Positions 7,547 to 16,661 of a stretch of 57,083 nt of DNA are shown here, piece by piece. Source of the stretch: Acidobacteriota bacterium (GTDB lineage Bacteria; Acidobacteriota; Blastocatellia; RBC074); contig JAJVID010000065.1 of assembly GCA_022072205.1 (NCBI GenBank), positions 1-57,083 of the forward strand, in the 5' to 3' direction. Position numbers and translations under genes: made by a program. Within the stretch, counting starts at the first letter, position 1. Every line of letters begins with the position of its first letter. The notes under the pieces were generated by a model. The model was not told the DNA's origin, made no database searches, and saw nothing but the letters and a program-made list of their open reading frames with translations.

Positions 7547-8803
7547 TCAAACCATCGCCGCAGGCCGCGCGGCGGCTTCGTCGCTGAGCGCCTCATCGCC
7601 CACTGACGACCTGACGACCAGATGTTCGATGTTCGACTGGAACGGCGTCAGAATTTCGACGCCGCTCTCGGTCACCATCGCCATGTCGCAATGACGCAAT
7701 CCGCCATAGCCCTCGACGTAAATCGCCGGTTCGACGTTGAAGACCATTCCAACTTCGAGCCGGTCTTCCGAAGCCGGGCGCAATCGCGGAAGCGCGTTGT
7801 GATCTATCGCGGCGAATCCCACGCCGTGCCCTGTCGCGTGTTTGAACTGATCGCCGAAGCCGCGCGAGACAAGCGCTTCGCGCGCAGCCGCGTCAACATC
7901 CGCCGCCATCGCGCCCGGCCTGATAACCTCCATCGCCGCGCGCAATGCGGCGTGAACCGCGCCGTACATCTCAAGCTTCCGCGGGCCGGCTTCGTCCAGC
8001 ACGAAGGTGCGCGTAATGTCCGTCCAGTAACCGTCGGCGTACGAGTTGCAATGAACCATCACGAAATCGCCCGGTTCCAGTTCGCGATCGCGCGAGCGCG
8101 CGTAAGCCTTATACGCCTCAGCCGAATTGGCGCCCGACATGACCGAGACGAATCCGTCGGCGCGCTGAACACCGGATCGGGGATCAACCATCATCAACGG
8201 CGCGCGAAACAAGGCCGCCGCTTCATACTCCTTCATCCCCTCGCGGAGCCGCCGCGTTCCTTCCCCAAAAGCATTCTCCGCCATACGGCAGGCCACGCGA
8301 ATGCGCCCGACTTCTCCGGGCGTTGGTCTCGCGCGCAAATTCGCCAGCAGATCGTCGGCGGGCCGCAGCCTCGTTTCTGGCAGACTCCGGCGAAGCAGAT
8401 CAACGATGCTCGCGCCGTGCAGATACATTGAGACGTAAGAGCCGGGAACCGACACCGGGCCGCGCTCATAACCGATGCGCCCTTTTTCGATGGAAAGGTC
8501 AACCGCCGCTTCGCGCAAAGGCAGCCAGAGCGCGTCCGCTGCCTGCTTGATCTCTTCAAGCGGCGCGGGTTGATACCTCCGCACTTCGTCAGCCAGCGCG
8601 CGTCCGGCCATCTCCACTTCGTCATCCGGCGCGATCAACACGACGCGCCCCTCGCGCGTGGCGATGGCCAGCGATGTTCCGATCACAGGCCAGTAGCCCG
8701 AAAGCAACAACACGTTGTTGGGCAGCGCGCAGATCAGCGCGTCCAGGCCGGCATCGTCCAGCGCGCGATGGATAGCTTCGACTCTGATGTCATCTCTCGC
8801 CAT
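7547..8803 (-). CDS. M24-family metallopeptidase (Xaa-Pro aminopeptidase/creatinase-like)
   Basis: 418-aa ORF with a creatinase-like N-domain and a pita-bread C-domain carrying the metal-ligand context ...HATGHGVGFAAIDHNALP...VFNVEPAIYVEGYGGLRHCDM. Confidence 0.9.
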   Translation of the reverse strand: MARDDIRVEAIHRALDDAGLDALICALPNNVLLLSGYWPVIGTSLAIATREGRVVLIAPDDEVEMAGRALADEVRRYQPAPLEEIKQAADALWLPLREAAVDLSIEKGRIGYERGPVSVPGSYVSMYLHGASIVDLLRRSLPETRLRPADDLLANLRARPTPGEVGRIRVACRMAENAFGEGTRRLREGMKEYEAAALFRAPLMMVDPRSGVQRADGFVSVMSGANSAEAYKAYARSRDRELEPGDFVMVHCNSYADGYWTDITRTFVLDEAGPRKLEMYGAVHAALRAAMEVIRPGAMAADVDAAAREALVSRGFGDQFKHATGHGVGFAAIDHNALPRLRPASEDRLEVGMVFNVEPAIYVEGYGGLRHCDMAMVTESGVEILTPFQSNIEHLVVRSSVGDEALSDEAAARPAAMV

Positions 8804-8939
8804 TGATTGTCCTGTTCATTCCGTTCTTTTCCGTAATCCCTCTTCATTGCCCCGCCATTACGCCAATATCGGAATGAGACGAGGCAAGAGTAATGCCCCA
8901 GCGTCCACGCGGCGGCGGCTTCGTTTCGGCGCTTTCTCA

Positions 8940-10082
8940 TCACACTCTCATCGAGGATTTATTCATCAACGCCGCGAGCGCGTGTGTTTCAAGCTCGGCG
9001 GCGCGATGCGCGGCGGTGTGTGTGGCCATCACGCGCGCGCGGGCGCGCAATCCCGTCTCAACGCGGATTTCCTCCGGCAATCGGCGCAGATAATCCAGCG
9101 TGTCTTCGGCGTCGTGCGCGATCAGTATTTCTTCGCCCGGCTCGAAAATAGTCTCCAACCCGCTCCACCAATCGCTGATGATCGGAGTGGCGCAGGCGGC
9201 GGCCTCGAACAAACGGACGCTGGGCGAATAACCCGCCGCGATCATGTCGGCGCGCGTGATGTTGAGCGTAAACCGCTGCGCGTTGTAAAAGGCGCGGTGA
9301 TCGGCCGGGTTCAGGTGAATCACTCGTTTGATGTTGGACGGCCACTGGATCGTTTTCGGATATTGCGGTCCGGCGACGATCATCCGCCCCTGCTTCCACC
9401 GGCGCGCCGGTTCGATCATCAACCGGTCGAGCGCGTACTGGCGGTCATCGCTGTAAGTTCCCAGATAACCCAAATCCCATCTCACGCCCGCTGGTTCGGG
9501 GTAATAAAGCTCAGGATCAACCGAGCAGTAGAGAGCGCGCGCCATCGGCGACCCATGTTTCTTCTCGATCAGATCGAGCGTCGGGCCGCCGGTGAACGAG
9601 AGGTAAAGGTCGTAGCGAGGGATCAGTTCGTAAGAGATGTACTCGACGGCGCCCTGCTTGAGATTGGCCAGCGTCACCGGCGTGTCTATGTCGTAAAAGG
9701 CCGTCGCTCCCTGCGCGACGCTGGTTACCCACTGGCCGATGGCGACGCCTGCGGGCACGTAAGACCCGACGATCACCAGATCGGCCTGGCGCACCTCGCG
9801 GGTGAATCGGCCTTTCAAATCTTCGAGACTCGAATAAATTTCAGTCCGGCTGTAAGGCGGGCATGGCAAGTCGCGGTTGTCGCGGTACCAGGGCTGATCG
9901 CGTTCGAGGAAAAGGACGCTGTGGCCGCGCCGGGTTAGTTCGCGCGCCAATCCCCGGTAAGTCGTCGCGTGGCCGTTGCCCCACGACGAGGTGATCGAAA
10001 GCCCTAAAATGACAATATCCATCGGCGCGTCCGATGACGCCTCATGGTCTTCAGGCAGGTCAAACTTCGGGACAACTCTCAT
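8940..10082 (-). CDS. CgeB-like (Glyco_trans_1_2-type) glycosyltransferase, paralogue 1
   Basis: 380-aa ORF. GGAGG lies 4 nt upstream of the ATG at 10082. The N-terminal motif is LGLSITSSWGNGHATTYRGLARELTRRGHSVLFLERD and the C-terminal GT-B motif is LFEAAACATPIISDWWSGLETIFEPGEEILIA. Confidence 0.85.
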   Translation of the reverse strand: MRVVPKFDLPEDHEASSDAPMDIVILGLSITSSWGNGHATTYRGLARELTRRGHSVLFLERDQPWYRDNRDLPCPPYSRTEIYSSLEDLKGRFTREVRQADLVIVGSYVPAGVAIGQWVTSVAQGATAFYDIDTPVTLANLKQGAVEYISYELIPRYDLYLSFTGGPTLDLIEKKHGSPMARALYCSVDPELYYPEPAGVRWDLGYLGTYSDDRQYALDRLMIEPARRWKQGRMIVAGPQYPKTIQWPSNIKRVIHLNPADHRAFYNAQRFTLNITRADMIAAGYSPSVRLFEAAACATPIISDWWSGLETIFEPGEEILIAHDAEDTLDYLRRLPEEIRVETGLRARARVMATHTAAHRAAELETHALAALMNKSSMRV

Positions 10083-10202
10083 TTATCCTCCCTGGAAAAT
10101 CTCCGGGTACGCGTCGCTTCTACATCCGTCAACAGAGCCGTGCGAAGGCGCGCCGCCGCACGGCTCTGTTTTTCTCATCATCCCGGATATGCTTTCTGTC
10201 AA

Positions 10203-11306
10203 TCAGGCGATCTCAACGAAGACCATAGGTTTCGCATCAAGCAGCGACTCCACCTGTTCGGCGCGGCGTTCGTAAGTGTGTTCCGCCAACAGCCGCAGCA
10301 ATGCGGCCTGTCCAATCGCCCGCGCTCGCTCAGGAGTCAATGATCTGATGTGTTCGCTCACTTCATCGCCGTCGCGCGCCACCAGAATTTCGCTTCCAGG
10401 TTCCAGGAACATCTCGATGCCTTCCCAGGCGTCTGTGATCAGGCAGGCGCCCGCGCCCGCCGCCTCGAAGATGCGCGTCGGCGGCGAGAATCCGTAACGA
10501 GCCATACTCTCGCGGTTGATGTTCAAAATCGCGCGCGGCGTGCTGTTGAACGCGTTGTGATCGCGCGTGAAGATGTGGCCGGCGTAATTGACGTTCGCCG
10601 GCGCGGGTTTGTCTTCCCAGCCAGCGCCGCCGAGCAGAAAGCGGCGATCCGGCATCGCGGCGGCGGGACGAAGAAAAAACTCTTCGACTCGCGCCTCCCG
10701 GTCAGGCAGCCGATTGCCCAGAAAACCCAGGTCAGCTTCGAATCGCGGGTCGGGATCAACGCGATGATGCGTCGCCGGATCGAGCGCGTTATAAATCGGC
10801 GCGCACATCCGCGCTCCCAGCGCTTCGTAAGCGTTCACCACCGCGTCGCCGCCGCCGTAGGTAAAAATCAGATCGTATTCCGGGATCAGTTGGCGAAACG
10901 GGTCTTCCGGATTCCGTTCAATGCGGTCGAGCGTCGCCGGAGCGTCAACATCCCAAAAAGCCACGAGCGTCCCTGGCCGCTGCATTTCGACCACGGCGTG
11001 TTCCAGCAAATCGTCGAAGACGCCCACGCCGCTGGCCTTGATCACCAGATCCGCGCTCGACGCTTCGGTCAACGCGCGAACCACGCCGTCTTCACCGGCG
11101 CCCTCGTAAACGACGACGCGCGCCCAGTCGGGATCGGTAATATCCCGGCGCTGCTGGCGGCCATAAGCGTCCGGTTCGTAAAACGTGACTCGGTGTCCGC
11201 GCCCGGCCAGCGCGCGAATGATGCCGCGATAGTAAGTCGCCGCGCCGTTCCAGTAAGCCGAAACCAGACTGGAGCCGAAGAATGCGATGTCGAGACCGTG
11301 TTTCAT
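10203..11306 (-). CDS. CgeB-like glycosyltransferase, paralogue 2
   Basis: ORF 10203..11384. The ATG at 11306 follows GGAGG (MKHGLDIAFFGSSLVSAYWNGAATYYRGIIRALAGRGHRVTFYEPD). C-terminal motif IFEAAGAGACLITDAWEGIEMFLEPGSEILVA. Confidence 0.85.
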   Translation of the reverse strand: MKHGLDIAFFGSSLVSAYWNGAATYYRGIIRALAGRGHRVTFYEPDAYGRQQRRDITDPDWARVVVYEGAGEDGVVRALTEASSADLVIKASGVGVFDDLLEHAVVEMQRPGTLVAFWDVDAPATLDRIERNPEDPFRQLIPEYDLIFTYGGGDAVVNAYEALGARMCAPIYNALDPATHHRVDPDPRFEADLGFLGNRLPDREARVEEFFLRPAAAMPDRRFLLGGAGWEDKPAPANVNYAGHIFTRDHNAFNSTPRAILNINRESMARYGFSPPTRIFEAAGAGACLITDAWEGIEMFLEPGSEILVARDGDEVSEHIRSLTPERARAIGQAALLRLLAEHTYERRAEQVESLLDAKPMVFVEIA

Positions 11307-11352
11307 AGCGCCTCCCTGGCATTGAGCAGCGAGGTGGCTCTCCGCAGTCCGT

Positions 11353-12678
11353 TCATCCGGCGGCCATTTTGTACCTGCGGCCAACCACCGGCATGCTCTC
11401 CAATGATTTCACCTGAAGCTCCGCGCAGATTTTCAACAGTTCGTTCACGCGATGCGTACAGGTGTGCCGATTGAGGATCGTACGCAATCCGTGTTCGGAG
11501 AGCTTGTCCCTCAAATCTTCGTCGGCGAGCAATGCCGCTAGATGGCGTTTCATCTCATCGCCGTCGCGCGCGACAAGATAATCCTCACCGGGCGTGAAGA
11601 GATTTTCGGCGTCCTCCCAGGGGGCTGAAACAAGCGGTATGCCACAGGCCAGCGCCTCGAAGACACGGATCGTGGGAATGCCCGGCAGATTCACGGCGTA
11701 TGGGCGGCGCGGCGCGTGGATAGTAAATTTGTAGTTGGCGAAGACCTCCGGCGCGCGGTAATTGGGCAGCCAGCCGCCATATTCGATCCCGGCCTGGGCG
11801 AGCATCTCGCGCGCGTGATCCGGATAACGCACGCCGTAAACGCGGGTCTTGAGATTCAATTGCCGCGCAGGCTCGACCAGAAACTCTCGCAATTCCGCCG
11901 CGCGTTCGTCATCGCCCCAGTTGCCTATCCAGACCAGATCGCCCTGGGAGCGCACGCTTCCAGGGGCACGCTGGAAGCATGCGCCCCCAGCGTGCTCCCA
12001 GGGATCAACGGAGAGAGCGCGTGGAACGGGATAACTCGGCGCCGGGGCGTTCGGTTGATGGGGTGAGGTTTCCCCCGGCGACTCTTCTGTTTTAGTTTCC
12101 CCTCCATTAACTCCACCACTCTCTCCGTCTTCGCTCATCGTTCGCGGGTAAAAGGTGCGGATGTCGGCGGCCTCGTGCCAGACCCAGGCGCGCTCGGCCC
12201 ACCCTCGTGACAAATACAGGTCACGAATCACTCCGCCGAACGCCAGCACGCCGTCGTAGCTCGACAGGTCGTAAGCCGCAATGCCATCCGCATCGGTGAT
12301 CGAACGATGATGCGTGTCGTGAAAAAGCAACCGGTAATTTCCGGCCTGCGCGCGATGCCGGCCCACGCGCCTGACCAGTTCGTGATCGTTCCATTCGTGA
12401 ACGATCACCAGATCCGCGCCGTCCAGAGCTTCGTCCAGATCGAGTTGATCGAGCCGGTAACGAACGCTTTTGAGCGCTGGATAAGCCTCGCTGAAATCGC
12501 GGAGCGCGTCTTCGCCGCGTTCGGCGATCAGGTTTTTCAGGCTCCACGCGTCGTGCGGCTCGTAGACTTTGACCTCGTGCCAGCGGTCGAGCAGTTCGAG
12601 CGCCACGCCGCGCAGGAAGTGGGCGTTGCCGTGATTCCAGTCCGACAACAGCGAGTGGTAAAACATCACTACGCGCAT
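11353..12678 (-). CDS. CgeB-like glycosyltransferase, paralogue 3, with an interdomain insertion of about 55-65 aa
   Basis: 441-aa ORF: MRVVMFYHSLLSDWNHGNAHFLRGVALELLDRWHEVKVYEP...VFEALACGIPLVSAPWEDAENLFTPGEDYLVA. There is a low-complexity insert at aa ~181-245 relative to its paralogues. Confidence 0.85.
   Translation of the reverse strand: MRVVMFYHSLLSDWNHGNAHFLRGVALELLDRWHEVKVYEPHDAWSLKNLIAERGEDALRDFSEAYPALKSVRYRLDQLDLDEALDGADLVIVHEWNDHELVRRVGRHRAQAGNYRLLFHDTHHRSITDADGIAAYDLSSYDGVLAFGGVIRDLYLSRGWAERAWVWHEAADIRTFYPRTMSEDGESGGVNGGETKTEESPGETSPHQPNAPAPSYPVPRALSVDPWEHAGGACFQRAPGSVRSQGDLVWIGNWGDDERAAELREFLVEPARQLNLKTRVYGVRYPDHAREMLAQAGIEYGGWLPNYRAPEVFANYKFTIHAPRRPYAVNLPGIPTIRVFEALACGIPLVSAPWEDAENLFTPGEDYLVARDGDEMKRHLAALLADEDLRDKLSEHGLRTILNRHTCTHRVNELLKICAELQVKSLESMPVVGRRYKMAAG
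11942..12004. repeat. Palindromic element embedded in frame in the glycosyltransferase CDS
   Basis: CCCTGGGAGCGCACGCTTCCAG...CTGGAAGCATGCGC(11-nt bulge)GCTCCCAGGG. The terminus C(C/T)GGGAGCGC resembles the intergenic CCGGGAGCG hairpin family. Confidence 0.6.
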
Positions 12679-12723
12679 GCGTCCCTCAGAAGATAGCCAC
12701 GTAGTGACGAATGATGGTCTTTG

Positions 12724-12824
12724 AGCGTAGGGGCGGGTTTTCCCCGCCCAAGCGCCTTGACAGCGGATGCGGGCGGGGAAAACCCGCCCCTACGCTGTTG
12801 GCGTAGTTAATTTTCAAACGCCAT
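12724..12824. repeat. MITE-like palindromic element (GTAGGGGCGGGTTTTCCCCGCCC family), copy 1, reverse orientation
   Basis: Arms AGCGTAGGGGCGGGTTTTCCCCGCCC (12724-12749) and the reverse complement at 12771-12796. An asymmetric tail, GTTAATTTTCAAACGCCAT, is shared (as its complement) with the copy at 23005-23112. The tail contains the last 4 codons and stop of the GT4 gene. Confidence 0.9.
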
Positions 12825-14037
12825 AATTCGTCACCATGTGGGGTGTTTTCTCATCTCGTCCCGCCATCAAATCGGCGTAGGCTTTCAGGTAACCGGCGGC
12901 CATGCGCTCAGGCGTGAATTCACGGGCGCGTATCAGGGCGCGCGCTCCGTAATCCGCGCGCAATGCCGTGTTCTCCATCAATTCCTCAATCGCGTCGCGC
13001 AAAGCTCCGATGTCGTCCGGCGGGACGAAGACCGCCGCATCGCCCCAGACTTCGCGCAAGCTGGGAATGTCGCCGAGCGCCAGCGCGCAACCCGACAATC
13101 CCGCTTCAAGCGCCGACAGCCCGAACGGTTCGTAACGCGCTGGCAGGGCGTAAATGGACGCGCGCGAAAGCCAGATGGCGATCTGCTGTTGAGACAATTG
13201 TCCGAGCAAATGAACGTTGGGCGCGAAGACAACATCAACATCCGATCCGTTCGGATGTTTCTGATCTCCGGCGAGCAGCGCCGGCCACACGATCCGCGAG
13301 GCGGCGCGTCCCAACGCGCTGATGTTTTTGGCTTCGTCCCACAACCGCCCGGCGGCCATCACGAAATCGCTTTTCGCTCTCACTTCAAAGAGCGACGCGT
13401 CGCGCCCGTTGTAAACGACTCGCCCATCGCGGATCGGGCCATAATGATCTTCGAGCGCCGCCAGCATTGCGCGCGTCGGCGCAATGACGATATTCGCGGC
13501 GGACAACCCGCGCGCGACTTCGGCGCGATATTGATTCCATTGCGCAGGCGCGGCGCAGCCTCGCACAGCTTGCCACCACGACAGCACGCACGAATGACCG
13601 GCTACCAACACCGGCGCGCGCCAGCCAATCGCTCCGTGCGCGTACCCGTTCAGGTGGATGACATCGGGCCGGATGCGCTCTTCCAGCGACAGCAGCCATT
13701 CGCCCGCCTCTCGGACGTCGCTCCAGGGGTCATCCATCCATTCCAGCTTGTAGTCGCTTTCAAAAACTTCGAGGTTGGCGATGCGCTCAGCCTCCGCGCG
13801 CTGCGACGAAGAGAGCGGGGCGCCCATCGTCGCCAGCGAGACGACGACGCCGCGCTCGGCCAGCGCGCGCGTCAGTTCCAGCGCGTAAGTCCACACGCCG
13901 CCCACCGTGTCGGCGGTCATCAGAATTCGCCTCGGCAATGACGCGGGCGCAGGCCATCGAAGGCGCGGGCGCAGCCTTGAATCGGGCTGCGTCCGCGGAT
14001 AGGCATAATTGCTGTTTATGACATCAGAGCGGATCAT
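12814..14037 (-). CDS. GT4-family (GT-B, group 1) glycosyltransferase
   Basis: 407-aa ORF with ILMTADTVGGVWTYALELTRALAERGVVVSLATMG near the N-terminus and the EPFGLSALEAGLSGCALALGDIPSLREVWGDAAVFVPP E-x7-E region. The ATG at 14037 overlaps the stop of the upstream small ORF (ATGA). An alternative start at M40 is possible. Confidence 0.85.
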   Translation of the reverse strand: MIRSDVINSNYAYPRTQPDSRLRPRLRWPAPASLPRRILMTADTVGGVWTYALELTRALAERGVVVSLATMGAPLSSSQRAEAERIANLEVFESDYKLEWMDDPWSDVREAGEWLLSLEERIRPDVIHLNGYAHGAIGWRAPVLVAGHSCVLSWWQAVRGCAAPAQWNQYRAEVARGLSAANIVIAPTRAMLAALEDHYGPIRDGRVVYNGRDASLFEVRAKSDFVMAAGRLWDEAKNISALGRAASRIVWPALLAGDQKHPNGSDVDVVFAPNVHLLGQLSQQQIAIWLSRASIYALPARYEPFGLSALEAGLSGCALALGDIPSLREVWGDAAVFVPPDDIGALRDAIEELMENTALRADYGARALIRAREFTPERMAAGYLKAYADLMAGRDEKTPHMVTNYGV

Positions 14038-14288
14038 TTTTCCGATTCCGCCCCGCTCACCGTCTCAGAGCTAACGTCGCCAACCGGCGCCGGAGCTTCG
14101 CTGCTTTCCGCATTGAGGCTCTGGTCGCCCGCGAGGTCGCCGCCGCCCAGCGTGACGTTTTCCTGAACCGCCATCTGGCTCACGATTCCGCCCGCAATCG
14201 GGTTGCTCATGTCGAGCTGCCCCACATCGCCAGCGCCGCTCTGATTCATGCTCGTAGTTTCCTGTTCTGTGAGATTCTCTTTTTCCAT
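14034..14288 (-). CDS. 84-aa highly acidic Gly/Ser/Glu/Asp-rich protein, no recognisable family
   Basis: AGGAGA lies 4 nt upstream of the ATG at 14288, and the stop overlaps the GT4 start. The sequence is MEKENLTEQETTSMNQSGAGDVGQLDMSNPIAGG...GDVSSETVSGAESEK, with no Cys or aromatic residues. Confidence 0.55.
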   Translation of the reverse strand: MEKENLTEQETTSMNQSGAGDVGQLDMSNPIAGGIVSQMAVQENVTLGGGDLAGDQSLNAESSEAPAPVGDVSSETVSGAESEK

Positions 14289-14351
14289 GATTTCTCCTGT
14301 TAATCAGCGCCGCGAGCGGCGCTGGTGTGTGTTTCAATTACACCTCTTCGT

Positions 14352-15425
14352 TCAACGCCATCTGTTTGCATAGATCGCGTCGAGCGCAGAGGCAACGTCT
14401 GCCAATCGTTCAGCCGCCGGATCGAAGCCCCCACCGGCAGCCACACCGCGCGCCCATTCGACAATCGCGCGCCCGCTCCAATCGCCGGTTTCTCCATCGG
14501 ACGCGCCGGCCAGCGTTTCGCATCTCGTTCCGTGAAAGCGTTCGATGATGAAGTCATAAAATGATCCGCCAACGTTCCGCATCGCCGCTCCGCCGAGCGT
14601 GCCGTAAAAACTCGCCGAGATGACCGCATCGCAGCCTGCGGGCAGACGCCACGAGCAGGCCATCTGCGCCACCGCGCCGCCGCTGAGCGTCAACAGCGCA
14701 GCGGCGTAATCTTCGACTCTGTTCAATTCGCCGAGCGGCTCACCGCCAGCGAACAAGCGGCTGCTGGCATTTTCGACTCGCGGAAAATCGAGCGCCCAGA
14801 GCGCCAGATCAACCAGATGAATTCCCAAATCCATCACGCATCCGCCGCCCGAAAGCCGCCGGTCGTAAAACCAGTCTTTGTCAGGTCCGTAGGCGTTGTG
14901 AAAGACCAGGTCAATCGCGTAGACGCGTCCCAGTTCGCCGCCGCGAATCAGATCACGAATCTTCGGCGCTCCGGCGAGGTGGCGATAACAAAGGTCAACG
15001 CCGAGCAGCCGATCCGCCCGCCGCGCGGCCTCGACCACGCGGCGCGTTTCGGCTGCGCTGCGGCCAAGCGGTTTCTGGCAGAAGACGCTCACGCCGCGTT
15101 CGAGAGCGACGATTGACTGCTCGGCATGCAGCGCGCTCGGCGTGGCGATGACCACGCCGTCAACGCCCGCGTCCAGCAGCGCTTCGAGCGATCCTTTCAA
15201 TTCGGCGCCCGGCGCTACCGCCGCAGCCGCTTCGGCCATCTCGCTCGACGTGTCGGCGATGGCCGCGACTTCAACCAGACCGCTGTTGGCGACCGCTTCC
15301 ATCCGGCGCCGTCCGATCCAACCCACACCCAGAAAACCCAGCCTCGGTTTGCGCCGCGCGACGCGGTCATTGACCGATTGCCCCGCTTCCCGCCCTGTGA
15401 TCAGTTGCGCCGCTGATGAATCCAT
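14352..15425 (-). CDS. Gfo/Idh/MocA-family NAD(P)-dependent oxidoreductase
   Basis: 357-aa ORF with the Rossmann N-terminus LGFLGVGWIGRRRMEAVANSGLVEVAAIAD and an EKP-like motif region FCQKPLGRSAAE. Confidence 0.85.
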   Translation of the reverse strand: MDSSAAQLITGREAGQSVNDRVARRKPRLGFLGVGWIGRRRMEAVANSGLVEVAAIADTSSEMAEAAAAVAPGAELKGSLEALLDAGVDGVVIATPSALHAEQSIVALERGVSVFCQKPLGRSAAETRRVVEAARRADRLLGVDLCYRHLAGAPKIRDLIRGGELGRVYAIDLVFHNAYGPDKDWFYDRRLSGGGCVMDLGIHLVDLALWALDFPRVENASSRLFAGGEPLGELNRVEDYAAALLTLSGGAVAQMACSWRLPAGCDAVISASFYGTLGGAAMRNVGGSFYDFIIERFHGTRCETLAGASDGETGDWSGRAIVEWARGVAAGGGFDPAAERLADVASALDAIYANRWR

Positions 15426-15434
15426 TCGCGATCC

Positions 15435-16388
15435 TCACATCGTGATCACGGCTTTGAGGAAGCCGTCAGGACGATCGCGCATCATCTCCATCGCCTGATC
15501 AATCTGGTCGAGTTTGAATGTGTGCGTGTAAAGCGGCGCGGGGTTGAGCTGTCCTTTCGCGACGGCGTTGATCGCCTCGCGCATTCCCGCGACGTAAACG
15601 CGCGGGTCGCGTTCGTGCGCGTTGATGACATCGAGTCCGCGCCAGTTCCACAACTGCATGTTGACCTGACGAGGCCCGTCCTGGTGGTAGCCGGCGATGA
15701 TCAGCCGCCCGCGTTCGCGTGTCACTTCCGTAGCCAGATCGAGCGGCCACTGTTCGCCGATGGCTTCGATCACACGGTCGCAGCCTTCGCCGGAAGTCAG
15801 TTCGATCACTTCTTCGATGATCCGCAGGTGATTTTTCATCGGAACCGTCTCTGCGGCGCCGGCCTCGCGCGCGACATCCAGCGCGTAAGGCCGTCGCGAA
15901 ACCGCAATCACCCGCGCCCCGGCGCGCGAGGCCAACTGCGTCAACAACGCTCCCAGAAAGCCCACGCCGATGATCGCCACGTTCTGCTCCGGCTCGATCT
16001 CGGCGCGACGAAAGATGTTCATCGCGCAGGCCAACGCTTCACCGGGAAACGGTTTCCCGATTAACGAATCCGGCAGCGGCACGACTTCATCGGATCTGGC
16101 TACGTCGTATTCGGCAAAGGCGTGATAAGAGAGCATCGTCACCTGATCGCCGACGAGGAAATTCCTCACTTCGCTACCGACGGCGTCAACGCGGCCCCAG
16201 GCTTCGTGCCCCGGAGCCCCGGCGGCGCGCGGATAGTTGAACCAGTTTCGTCCCTCCCACACGGGCATGTTCGACGCGCACACGCCGCAGCCTTCGATCC
16301 GCACGCGGACTTCGTGGGCCGCCGGTTCGGGAATTATCATTTCGGAAATTTCCGTTTTCTTCGGCCCCGTGATGGTGGCTGCGCGCAT
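15435..16388 (-). CDS. Zinc-binding medium-chain alcohol/polyol dehydrogenase
   Basis: ORF 15435..16493. A family-typical N-terminus begins at the ATG at 16388 (MRAATITGPKKTEISEMIIPEPAAHEVRVRIEGCGVCASNM). The GHEAWG zinc-ligand motif and the NAD-binding IIGVGFLGALL are present. Upstream in-frame starts at 16436 and 16493 cannot be excluded. Confidence 0.85.
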   Translation of the reverse strand: MRAATITGPKKTEISEMIIPEPAAHEVRVRIEGCGVCASNMPVWEGRNWFNYPRAAGAPGHEAWGRVDAVGSEVRNFLVGDQVTMLSYHAFAEYDVARSDEVVPLPDSLIGKPFPGEALACAMNIFRRAEIEPEQNVAIIGVGFLGALLTQLASRAGARVIAVSRRPYALDVAREAGAAETVPMKNHLRIIEEVIELTSGEGCDRVIEAIGEQWPLDLATEVTRERGRLIIAGYHQDGPRQVNMQLWNWRGLDVINAHERDPRVYVAGMREAINAVAKGQLNPAPLYTHTFKLDQIDQAMEMMRDRPDGFLKAVITM

Positions 16389-16661
16389 CGTGGTTGCAAT
16401 GGGTTTGGGCGCTAAGACGGTTGATGAATAGGCCATTACTTTTCTTTGATCCTTTGTTCCTTTGATCTTTCGCGCTGAAGAGCCTGCCGGCAAAAATGCA
16501 TTTCCGGGCAGACTGTTCGATTCAATTGTTCAAGCCGGTCTTTCAAAACCGGCGCGATTGGCAAGGCCGGAGTTACGCCGCACGGCGGCGTTGAAATTAC
16601 AGGTATGCAGGTTCAATCAAATCTTTTCACGTCTGGCCGCGTCCGGGGCGAAGCGGAGAAT

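Noticed and set aside
8715-9938. Long ORFs antisense to clear genes. Examples: 8715..9938+, 10350..11474+, 12838..13941+, 20041..21243-, 28903..30180+, 34203..35213-, 39288..40559-, 43240..44103-, 45548..46567-.
   Set aside because: Each lies opposite a gene with strong family motifs. Their translations are Arg/Ala/Gly-rich with no recognisable domains, which is typical of shadow ORFs in GC-rich DNA.
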